A stretch of 26,510 nucleotides of DNA from Candidatus Bathyarchaeum sp. (lineage in GTDB: Archaea; Thermoproteota; Bathyarchaeia; Bathyarchaeales; Bathyarchaeaceae). Where the stretch lies: contig JAOZIF010000158.1 in assembly GCA_026014495.1 (NCBI GenBank), forward strand, positions 1 to 26,510, in the 5' to 3' direction. The notes beneath the pieces were generated by a model. That model ran no database searches, was not told the origin of the DNA, and worked only from the letters and a program-made list of their open reading frames with translations. A program made the translations under genes and the position numbers. How positions within the stretch are numbered: position 1 is the first letter of the stretch; the number at the start of each line of letters is the position of its first letter. This document shows, piece after piece, positions 16,601 through 24,097 of this stretch.

Positions 16601-16756
16601 ATGGCGCCTAGCGGAATTAAACGCCATATATTCTTGTTGGTTTTTGTTTTTTCTGTGCCATGTTTCATCACTAACTGTATTCATGTTCTACAAGTTAGAT
16701 ATAAGCTTTGTTCTACACAACTACAAATCGTTTACTTGACACTTAGTCTAGATTAG
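16601..16756 (+). CDS. Putative 51-aa small protein in the duplicated unit (copy 2)
   Basis: Identical copy of 16371-16526. Confidence 0.3.
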   Translation: MAPSGIKRHIFLLVFVFSVPCFITNCIHVLQVRYKLCSTQLQIVYLTLSLD

Positions 16757-16802
16757 AATTCTATTTACAGAAATTTTATCTCTGTAATGCCCCATTATTG
16801 GC

Positions 16803-18065
16803 GTGATGAGTTGTAACAGAATGGGAGAAAAAGCGGCTATAACCAAGTCCATCTTTCAGAGAGAGTTTCTTTCGGTACTAATTATAGTTGTAAACGCGTT
16901 CTCATGGTATTTTCCATTGTATATACTCTTCCAAAACGCCTTAGAACAATTTCAACTGGATTCCACTTTGTTGTTGACTGCGTTCGGAATTCAAGCTGTG
17001 GCAGCTATTGGTTTTGCAATAATTGGAACCACTTTGTTGAAAAAATTTCCGAGACGTGATCTATTTCTAACCGTTTGGATGTTCATTGGAATTATTGTTT
17101 CTGTACTATTGATTACGTTAGAGACATTTAATGTGGCATATCTGTTATCTGTTTCTTTTCTTTCTGGATTTTCGTTAGGATTAGGTTTTCCCTCTTGTCT
17201 CGCATATTTCGGAGATCACACTAAAGTTGAAAACAGGGGATTGTTGGCTGGAATCACATTCTTTGCGTCAGGCCTCGCTATTCTCTTAATTGGTTTGATC
17301 ATAAACTTTTCCACTCTGGTTACTGGAGCATTGATACTTGCTGCATGGAGAGGAATTGGTTTGCTCCTGTTTCTTCTTGTCAAATCAAAAAAGGATTACC
17401 CACAAGAAAAACAGTTCGAAGCACCCTATAAAGCAGTTTTATTCGACAAGTCTTTTCTATTATATTTCATTCCATGGACTTTGTTTTGTGCAGTAAACTT
17501 TCTTGGAGTGCCTATAGAAATTAATCTTTTTGGAGAAGAGTTGGGTTCTCTCATGCCTATTGGAGAATATGGAGTTGGCGGTTTTGTTGCATTAATAGGT
17601 GGTTGGTTCGCTGATACTGTTGGTCGAAAACGGATAATTATTGTCGGGTTCGTAATGTTAGGAATTGGATTTGCTGTGTTAGGGCTTTTTCCGGGTGATG
17701 TTCTTTCTTGGTATTTGTATATTATCGTAGACGGCATCGCATGGGGAATCTTTTCGCTGATGTTTTATCTTGTCATTTGGTCCGAACTGGCTGGAAATCG
17801 AACAAAAGAGAAATATTACATGCTAGGCGTATTACCGTTTCTCACTGCAAGCTACATACAAATATTATTCACACCTTTTGCTGGAAGTGTCGAGGCATCG
17901 TCAGCGTTTTCGTTAGCCAGCTTTTTCCTATTCATCGCAGTTTTGCCTTTACTGTACGCCCCGGAAACTATGCCTGAAAAGAAGATTGAACTTAAGCGGC
18001 TCCAGAAATTTGCTGAAGATGCGAAGAAGGCTAAAGAAAAGTACGAAAGAAAAATGGAAAAATAA
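16803..18065 (+). CDS. MFS transporter
   Basis: About 12 hydrophobic helices; YFGD..KVENRG, GWFADTVGRK (MFS motif A), WSELAG and APET motifs; start could be 16806 or 16821. Confidence 0.85.
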   Translation: MMSCNRMGEKAAITKSIFQREFLSVLIIVVNAFSWYFPLYILFQNALEQFQLDSTLLLTAFGIQAVAAIGFAIIGTTLLKKFPRRDLFLTVWMFIGIIVSVLLITLETFNVAYLLSVSFLSGFSLGLGFPSCLAYFGDHTKVENRGLLAGITFFASGLAILLIGLIINFSTLVTGALILAAWRGIGLLLFLLVKSKKDYPQEKQFEAPYKAVLFDKSFLLYFIPWTLFCAVNFLGVPIEINLFGEELGSLMPIGEYGVGGFVALIGGWFADTVGRKRIIIVGFVMLGIGFAVLGLFPGDVLSWYLYIIVDGIAWGIFSLMFYLVIWSELAGNRTKEKYYMLGVLPFLTASYIQILFTPFAGSVEASSAFSLASFFLFIAVLPLLYAPETMPEKKIELKRLQKFAEDAKKAKEKYERKMEK

Positions 18066-18070
18066 AAAAA

Positions 18071-18847
18071 TTAGAATTTTTCTACTTTTTCTGCCAAGTC
18101 TTCTAGGGTCTCTGTGAATGGGTGGTCGGGTCTTTCTTCGGTGAATATGAAGTTTCCTGCTGCGCGAAGCACTTCACAGAAGCATGGAATTGTGGCTAAT
18201 ATTGGAAGGTTGTGGATGTCTTTCATTTTTTTAGTGAACTTTTTCTGCTCTTCCTTGGATTTTAGATAGTCTACGATTACTTTGTTTATCAAAATTCCTG
18301 TTTTCTTTTCGAAGAGGTCGTAAAGTTCGCTGGTCATCCGTTGACTTCCGTTAATGTCTGAGGCGTCCAAGCTTGTGACCACCAAGACAATGTCTGCGGC
18401 AACAATCGCGTTTATGGAAGAATACTGCAGTCCAGGACTTGTGTCAAAAATAATGTAATCAAAATTGCCGTCGTTAAGAAGTGCAGATCTAAGTGCCAAA
18501 AGTCTGCCTAGTGCTTTCATTTCCCATTTTCGGTCTTTGGCTGTCATGTCTCTTATTGCTTCGGTGGATGGGTTAGCTAGTCCAACCAGTAGTTTGCCGC
18601 CGTTGCCGTTATTGTTTGTTGCATCGATTAAGACTTTGTTGATTTCACATACTCCGTTAAGGTAATCGTTTAGCCAGTAGTCTAGATTCTGTTTTTTGAA
18701 TATAGCGTGAAGGCTTGGTGCACGAAAATCCAAGTCCATAAGACAGACTTTTTTACCATTTCTAACGAATGTAGCGGCTAAGTTAGTTGAAAGTGAAGTT
18801 TTCCCTGTTCCACCCTTATATGAGTGAACTGCTATAATTTTTTTCAT
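18071..18847 (-). CDS. MinD/ParA-family ATPase
   Basis: Deviant Walker A HSYKGGTGKT, LMDLDFRAPSL, IIFDTSPG and ILINKV. Confidence 0.92.
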   Translation of the reverse strand: MKKIIAVHSYKGGTGKTSLSTNLAATFVRNGKKVCLMDLDFRAPSLHAIFKKQNLDYWLNDYLNGVCEINKVLIDATNNNGNGGKLLVGLANPSTEAIRDMTAKDRKWEMKALGRLLALRSALLNDGNFDYIIFDTSPGLQYSSINAIVAADIVLVVTSLDASDINGSQRMTSELYDLFEKKTGILINKVIVDYLKSKEEQKKFTKKMKDIHNLPILATIPCFCEVLRAAGNFIFTEERPDHPFTETLEDLAEKVEKF

Positions 18848-18852
18848 CTATT

Positions 18853-19269
18853 TCAAGTCTCCCTATCAACATAGAAGTATGCCTTGCGGCCTTCCCTTTC
18901 TTTTTTCATATATCCCATGACCACTAACTGATTTAGATAACCACTCTCTACTGCTCTGGCTCGTTTTGTTTGTTCCGAGACTTCGTCTGCTGTTGCTTTT
19001 TCTAGTTTGCAGAGGGTTACTGCGGTTTTTCTTAGGTGGTCGGGGAGTGATAGTAATGTCATTACGTCCAAAGCTTCGGGTAGATTTTCTGGAAGTTCTC
19101 TTTGGCCGTGTTTTTGTATTTCAATCATCACATCTATTTTTTCGTTTAGTTGTTCGAGGTTTTCTCTGATTTTTTCTAGGATTTGTGTTGATTTTCCCTC
19201 AATCTTTCGGTATGCTGCCATGGTTGTGGTCCTAGATGTGTTTTCCGTATCTACAGTATTGTAACTCAC
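18853..19269 (-). CDS. Coiled-coil + winged-HTH DNA-binding protein, co-oriented 5 nt upstream of the MinD/ParA gene
   Basis: LEKIRENLEQLNEKIDVM coiled coil; ATADEVSEQTKRARAVESGYLNQLV.MGY.KKEREGRKAYF wHTH. Confidence 0.8.
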   Translation of the reverse strand: MSYNTVDTENTSRTTTMAAYRKIEGKSTQILEKIRENLEQLNEKIDVMIEIQKHGQRELPENLPEALDVMTLLSLPDHLRKTAVTLCKLEKATADEVSEQTKRARAVESGYLNQLVVMGYMKKEREGRKAYFYVDRET

Positions 19270-19402
19270 AAGTTTATTAAATCTTACGATATATTAGTTC
19301 ATATTCTCAATGCGAACAAACATAACCAGAAAACGTACAACAAAAAAAATCAACTAAACAAAATAACAAGAAAACAAAATAGAAACTGAAGAAAAGGTGC
19401 CG

Positions 19403-19699
19403 CTAATAAAGTGAAGCGGGTATTCTAGCTTGCCCATCTTCAATGACGGGTAGCATGACCTTCAATTCTCTGAAATACTTCAGAACCTTCAGTCCTTTTT
19501 CAGAAACGACGTAAACTATCCTCTTCTTACCTACAGTCTTCTCTTCGACAAGTTCCTGCTCGATGAGAAAGTCCAAATACTCCTTGAGGACACTGCAGTT
19601 CACGTTAGCCTTATACATGATGTGCGTTAGCTTCAGTGGACCCCTTTGGGCCAGAACCTTGAGGATGTCAATATACATCTCGAGTTTTGATCTTCGCAT
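19403..19699 (-). CDS. Small winged-HTH transcriptional regulator (HTH_45-like)
   Basis: MRRSKLEMYIDILKVL...LKLTHIMYKANVNCSVLKEYLDFL...Y..SEKG; ATG 19699 with GAGG upstream is preferred over 19744. Confidence 0.85.
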   Translation of the reverse strand: MRRSKLEMYIDILKVLAQRGPLKLTHIMYKANVNCSVLKEYLDFLIEQELVEEKTVGKKRIVYVVSEKGLKVLKYFRELKVMLPVIEDGQARIPASLY

Positions 19700-19782
19700 G
19701 TTAACGCCTCTTGAGCTTATTTTTCTCCAATTTATATATATCATTTATGGATTCAAAGTAATGTTTTTGTGATTCATTTTTG

Positions 19783-19968
19783 TTAAATAGTTGTTTTCGC
19801 TTGAATTCTCTGGAACACTACAAGACGGTTCTGAAAAGCAGTAACCATATCATCAGCCAGTATAAATTGAAGTTCAGGTGTAAGAGTGTGTATTTCACTA
19901 TCGAATGCATCCATCATCATTTTTTGAAGCTTTTTACGGTTTTGGGGCGAGAACGATTTTTCCATCAC
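19783..19968 (-). CDS. Small helical hypothetical protein (61 aa)
   Basis: Protein-like composition (AFDSEIHTLTPELQFILADDMVTAFQNRL), co-oriented with neighbours, AT-rich flanks. Confidence 0.65.
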   Translation of the reverse strand: MMEKSFSPQNRKKLQKMMMDAFDSEIHTLTPELQFILADDMVTAFQNRLVVFQRIQAKTTI

Positions 19969-20064
19969 ATTTTTCTCCTAAACAGTATTTAGCTTACTGA
20001 TTGCAGTTAGTATTTAACTAACTTATGAAGTCGGGATATAGATTTAGAATAGCCTATTTGAGAA

Positions 20065-20505
20065 CTATTGCTTTTCTAGTTTGCTTCTGTGTTTTTTGAA
20101 GAATGAACGAACTGACTCTGCCAAGTCATATTTTTCTACTTCTTGTAATGGAACCCATCTGGCGTCTGTCACGTCGCTGCTAGGCTTTAATATTCCATTT
20201 TTTGGTCGAACAAGAAACTGCAACAAAACATAATGATAACTAAGACAACCCGCTTCATCCTTGGTCAAAATGTCATACGCATCTATTGGAACATCTTCAA
20301 CAAGCTCCACATCCAAGCCACACTCCTCCAATGTCTCCCGTACAACTGCATCTCTAACTGTCTCCCCTAACTCCACGGCTCCACCCGGAAAACTCCACTT
20401 ACCCAACGAAGGCTCAGCCCCCCTCTGCACAAGAACAATTCTGCCGCCCTCAACAATAACTGCCCCAACCCCAACAACAGGCTGACTTGGATACTTGCGC
20501 CTCAA
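20065..20505 (-). CDS. NUDIX hydrolase (ADP-ribose pyrophosphatase-like)
   Basis: Nudix box GAVELGETVRDAVVRETLEECGL and YPSQPVVGVGAVI; TTG 20505 with GGTGG SD is preferred over 20526. Confidence 0.92.
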   Translation of the reverse strand: MRRKYPSQPVVGVGAVIVEGGRIVLVQRGAEPSLGKWSFPGGAVELGETVRDAVVRETLEECGLDVELVEDVPIDAYDILTKDEAGCLSYHYVLLQFLVRPKNGILKPSSDVTDARWVPLQEVEKYDLAESVRSFFKKHRSKLEKQ

Positions 20506-20532
20506 CAACAAACCACCAAACAACAAACAAAA

Positions 20533-20763
20533 TCTATTAGGAGACTAATATTACTTCATTGTTGAAAACAACCTTTTTCTGAAAAACCAAAGCAGCCCTT
20601 AACTGATTCACACGTCTGTGCGGCATATTAGGATACAAATAGAGGTACATTGTTGAAAACTAACTTTTTTTCTGAAAAATTCTGCACAACACACAATTAA
20701 CTCAAAAAGTTCACACTAACAACAGCATAAAATAATAAAAGAATGGTTGAACAGAATTTTTTC
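20533..20763. repeat. Noncoding multi-palindrome module, two tandem copies (20535-20586, 20626-20679; period 91) within a ~155-bp element repeated in inverted orientation at the window end
   Basis: TATTAG-N4-C(T/A)AATA-N6-CATTGTTGAAAAC-N4-T5-7-CTGAAAAA occurs twice; 20606-20763 aligns with the reverse complement of 26367-26510. Confidence 0.9.
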
Positions 20764-20776
20764 CATCAGTGGTTTG

Positions 20777-21433
20777 TTATTCTTTGCTTTTTAGCAGTTG
20801 GATGGCCGCCATTTTTGCTCCAATTTCTGCGATGTCTTTGTTTTCTCCACATCCAACAATGATAACATCGTTTTCTTTTGGATTGAATCTGCTCACTAAC
20901 TTTTTGTGCAACTCGGGCATACTTTCACAAAGATTCTCTTCTTGAGCAGGCAAAGATAACTTGTTGTCCGAAAAAACCAGAGTTGTTGCCCCTGATGCAC
21001 CACTCTTTATCGCTATATCCCGTTGTTCCATGCCGCTACCTACTGCCTTAGCTGAGTCTCTAACAAGAACTGCAATGTTGAAGGGTCCAAAAGTTAAAGA
21101 GCTGCGGGCAACCTCTGCGCCTTCACTGAGTTTACTTCGCAGGTCAGAGAAAAGTTGCTGGCCCTCTTCAGAAAAAGAAATTCCACTTCTTGAACTTTGT
21201 GTTATTCCCTCTGTTCTCAGGTGTTTTAGGAGTGTTCGTGTTGCGCCTTCTCCTAACCCGAGCTCTTTAGAAAGCCGTATTCTGCCAATCTTTCCGTGGT
21301 CACCAATTAGTTCTAGCGCCTTAACTACATGAGCTTCATTAAATGATGGAGCGGGTCCTGGTGCGATTTTTCGCGTAACACTTTCAATAATCTCCAGCAG
21401 ATTCAATGTTGAAACCCCATCGTATATTAGCAT
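20777..21433 (-). CDS. wHTH + DUF4443-like (PH0730-like) transcriptional regulator; start possibly TTG 21406
   Basis: IGRIRLSKELGLGEGATRTLLKHL HTH; SGMEQRDIAIKSGASGATTLVF C-terminal domain. Confidence 0.75.
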   Translation of the reverse strand: MLIYDGVSTLNLLEIIESVTRKIAPGPAPSFNEAHVVKALELIGDHGKIGRIRLSKELGLGEGATRTLLKHLRTEGITQSSRSGISFSEEGQQLFSDLRSKLSEGAEVARSSLTFGPFNIAVLVRDSAKAVGSGMEQRDIAIKSGASGATTLVFSDNKLSLPAQEENLCESMPELHKKLVSRFNPKENDVIIVGCGENKDIAEIGAKMAAIQLLKSKE

Positions 21434-21574
21434 ACTACAAGGAATATAACAATATAACTTAACTCTTTAAAATATTAACCGAAAAAGTTTCAACAAAAAA
21501 ATAAGAGCCAGCAACAAAGAGAATATACGTACGAATATGGCCGCCAATTACGTAAAAGCACAAAAACAAAGAGA

Positions 21575-22171
21575 GTGAATAAAATCAAAACTGCAATTTT
21601 GGTAACGGGCACTCCAGGCGTGGGAAAAACCACGGTTGCAAACAAGTTAGCTTCTAGATTAGATGCTGCTTGCATTTGTATAACAGAGATGGTTAAGAAC
21701 GAAAAATTGATCACAGCCACAGATGAGCAACGGCAAACATTAGTTGCAGACACAAAAAAGCTAACAAAAAGGGTACAGGATATGTTAATGGAGTTAGAGG
21801 GAAACATCATACTTGAGGGGCATTATGTTGTTGATGTTGTACCAAAAGAGCATGTAAACACAGTTGTTGTCCTCAGACGCGATCCACATGAACTAAAAGA
21901 GGTACTTGAGAAACGTGGATACTCTGAAAAGAAAGTCTGGGAGAACATAGCCGCCGAAGTGTTGGATGTTTGCCTCTGGGATGCGATATCTACATGTGGA
22001 GTTGAAAACGTCTGCGAAATCGACGTTAGCAACAAGACGGTAGAGACAGTAATAGAAGAGATTGTTTTAGTGCTTGAAAGAAAACAAGAATGTACATCAG
22101 GAACAATTGATTGGCTAGGCAAGCTCGAGATTACAGGAGAACTCGACGAGTTCTTGAAAAAAATAGGCTAA
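21575..22171 (+). CDS. Adenylate kinase 6 / Fap7-hCINAP-like P-loop kinase
   Basis: ILVTGTPGVGKTT, ILEGH, LRRDP..L...LEKRGYSEKKV.EN..AE, EID and IDWL. Confidence 0.88.
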   Translation: MNKIKTAILVTGTPGVGKTTVANKLASRLDAACICITEMVKNEKLITATDEQRQTLVADTKKLTKRVQDMLMELEGNIILEGHYVVDVVPKEHVNTVVVLRRDPHELKEVLEKRGYSEKKVWENIAAEVLDVCLWDAISTCGVENVCEIDVSNKTVETVIEEIVLVLERKQECTSGTIDWLGKLEITGELDEFLKKIG

Positions 22172-22506
22172 CCCAGCAGCCTCAAAATCTGCTGCTTAGA
22201 CAGCAAAGTAATACCGCGACGATTAGCATACGCCTTAGCGTGACCACTAAACTTTTCAGCAATTATTATAGGCTTAGGAAAACCCACATCCTCCGCAGCA
22301 TTATCGATGTTTATAACCATATTAACGCCAACTGTCCGATTCCAGTCCTTAATCCAAACAGACCTCTTCTCTCTACCTCTACGAATAATCAAATCAAACT
22401 TACGAGAAAGCCCAGACACACCTTCCAAAACAGCATCCTTCTCGGTCTCATAACCGTTCTGCCTAAAATATTTAGCAGCAAGATTCCCAAGTGACAGCCG
22501 ACTCAT
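22168..22506 (-). CDS. Solo Mrr/restriction-endonuclease-like PD-(D/E)xK-fold protein, probably with a degenerate active site
   Basis: YFRQNGY...GVSG..RKFDLII...VWIKDW...VGVNMV...F S.HAK.YA..GITL. Confidence 0.65.
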   Translation of the reverse strand: MSRLSLGNLAAKYFRQNGYETEKDAVLEGVSGLSRKFDLIIRRGREKRSVWIKDWNRTVGVNMVINIDNAAEDVGFPKPIIIAEKFSGHAKAYANRRGITLLSKQQILRLLG

Positions 22507-22572
22507 TTATCTGCATCCTAATACAGCATTGAAACGTTCGAAGAAAAAGGTTTCCTTCAAAAGGTGCTTCAC

Positions 22573-22761
22573 ATGTACGATATAATTGTCTGCTACAATT
22601 GTGGAAGATTTCTGTTAGCCAAAAGTGGTCAGAAAACTAAAAACTGTTCTTACTGTGCAGCTCGGCTAACTTTGATTAAAACAAAAAAGGTGGCGCATGC
22701 AAGAACTGCACAGGAAGCGTCAGAGTATGTCCGTGTCTTGAAGGAAAAAAAGAGTCGTTGA
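22573..22761 (+). CDS. DUF1922-like Zn-ribbon protein
   Basis: CYNC...KTKNCSYC; ATG 22573 follows AAGGTG. Confidence 0.75.
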   Translation: MYDIIVCYNCGRFLLAKSGQKTKNCSYCAARLTLIKTKKVAHARTAQEASEYVRVLKEKKSR

Positions 22762-22820
22762 ACTTTTAGACAAAAGAAGTTGTTGTGGTTGATGCTTTTT
22801 TGGGTTGCACTTTTGTTATG

Positions 22821-22905
22821 TAGGTGTGATACCTAAAACAAATATTGTTTAGTGTGACAGAAGACTTAATATTCTAGCGAAGTATCTGTTCCTGTATCGA
22901 GGAGG
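22821..22905 (+). promoter_or_regulatory. Promoter region of the membrane-protein operon: two adjacent palindromes, TATA-like box and SD
   Basis: TAGGT-GTGAT-ACCTA (22821-22835), AAACAA-ATA-TTGTTT (22836-22850), TTAATA near 22866 and AGGAGG at 22900-22905. Confidence 0.5.
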
Positions 22906-22913
22906 CACACATT

Positions 22914-23270
22914 ATGGAAGACAAAACAATGATGATAGCATACATCATGCTCTTCACAGGAATCGGATTACTAGCATTCACATTCATAAGTGCATACATA
23001 TTTCTCGCCAACAACCCAACAATAGATGCATCATCCGATTTAGTGGATGTTTTTGGGAGTGCCTTGGCTCCTTTAATTGGGGCATCGATTAGGATAATGT
23101 ATCTTGGTGTTATGGGCTGGATAGGTGCAGGGCTAACTTCTAGGGGCGTGCAACTTGTTACTCAGCTTAAGCGTTTATCTCAGCCACAAATCGGTTCAGG
23201 GACTGGTTCAATGAACAAGTCTGTCGTGTCTGTAAGTGCCAAAGAGGCTGAAAAGTCGAGTAAAGCGTAG
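22914..23270 (+). CDS. Hypothetical membrane protein (2 TM)
   Basis: AGGAGG SD; two long hydrophobic segments. Confidence 0.8.
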   Translation: MEDKTMMIAYIMLFTGIGLLAFTFISAYIFLANNPTIDASSDLVDVFGSALAPLIGASIRIMYLGVMGWIGAGLTSRGVQLVTQLKRLSQPQIGSGTGSMNKSVVSVSAKEAEKSSKA

Positions 23271-23311
23271 TTTCTGTAAATAGTTATAGGTCAAGTGAAG
23301 GAAAACGATAG

Positions 23312-24097
23312 ATGAATATTGCTATACGGATGCTTAAAGTATCGACGTTCATTCTTTGGGCAGTAATAATCTTCTTTTCGGTCACATCGGTTTATTCGGT
23401 TATGAATCTAGGCGTAAATGTTGGAGAGGTTCAAATGCATCCCTCCAGCAACGGCGTTACTTTGGCTTTGCCGTTTTCAATAGATAACAGTGGCTACTAT
23501 GAGATAGCTGATTTGAACTTGACAACCCGTGCTACCGATCCGTCTGGAACGGTTTTGGATTTAACTGAAACATTTGTCTCTTCGATACCACAGGGCACCA
23601 TTATTAATGCGTCGCACAAAATTGAGATAGGTCTAGACGACATCATGGCACTGGATTATACTTCTTTGTTGCTGGAAGATAGCGAGTTCAATGTTGAAAT
23701 CTTTGCAGCCCTCAATTTTGCTCGTGCTGTTCCTGTGCAACTTTCGACAAGTACAACAATACCCTGGGGAGCGCCCTTAGCGAATTTCTTTGTTGGAGAT
23801 ATTTCAGTAGATAACATTGCTAATGGGGAAGCGTCAATGCGTTTAAGCTTTGAGAATCATGCTATTCTTGATTTGGAAGGAACCTTGAAACTGGAGGTGT
23901 ATGCTGCGGGTAGTTCGCAAGATTTGGTTGCTTCTTCAGTTACGGGCATTAGTGTAAGGTCTGGGCAAAGTTTTGATCAAAGAATTTACGTTAATGTGAA
24001 TCCGCAAGATGCCTTGAAATTAACAAGTGGGGCAAGGGTTCACGTGGTTTTTGAGACTCCAATGTTTACTGTGGAGTGGGATGAGCAGTATGGTTGA
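23312..24097 (+). CDS. Membrane-anchored protein with beta-sandwich (LEA_2-like) domains
   Basis: N-terminal TM followed by F.IDNSG.YEI.DLNL and L.FENHA.LDLEG.L beta-rich repeats. Confidence 0.65.
   Translation: MNIAIRMLKVSTFILWAVIIFFSVTSVYSVMNLGVNVGEVQMHPSSNGVTLALPFSIDNSGYYEIADLNLTTRATDPSGTVLDLTETFVSSIPQGTIINASHKIEIGLDDIMALDYTSLLLEDSEFNVEIFAALNFARAVPVQLSTSTTIPWGAPLANFFVGDISVDNIANGEASMRLSFENHAILDLEGTLKLEVYAAGSSQDLVASSVTGISVRSGQSFDQRIYVNVNPQDALKLTSGARVHVVFETPMFTVEWDEQYG

Larger units (their letters stand above)
16352..16777. repeat. Tandem duplication: 196-bp identical units (16352-16547, 16582-16777), period 230 bp
   Basis: Base-by-base comparison shows 196/196 identity; the linker resembles a diverged 3' end of the synthase gene. 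Confidence 0.97.

Noticed and set aside
16435-16809. C/D-box sRNA suggested by GTGATGA motifs (minus strand 16441-16435; plus strand 16803-16809)
   Set aside because: No CTGA D box at a suitable distance; the second motif is simply the MFS start region
20535-20679. Mini CRISPR array
   Set aside because: Only two imperfect ~52-bp units with internal variable positions and a 91-bp period; no cas genes or leader-repeat-spacer regularity
20535-21495. Replication origin (ORB boxes) or Xer dif site
   Set aside because: GTTGAAA resembles part of mini-ORB motifs, but there is no G-string in the ORB position and no orc1/cdc6 gene; the palindrome arms are 6 bp rather than the 11-6-11 dif layout. Not excluded, but unsupported.
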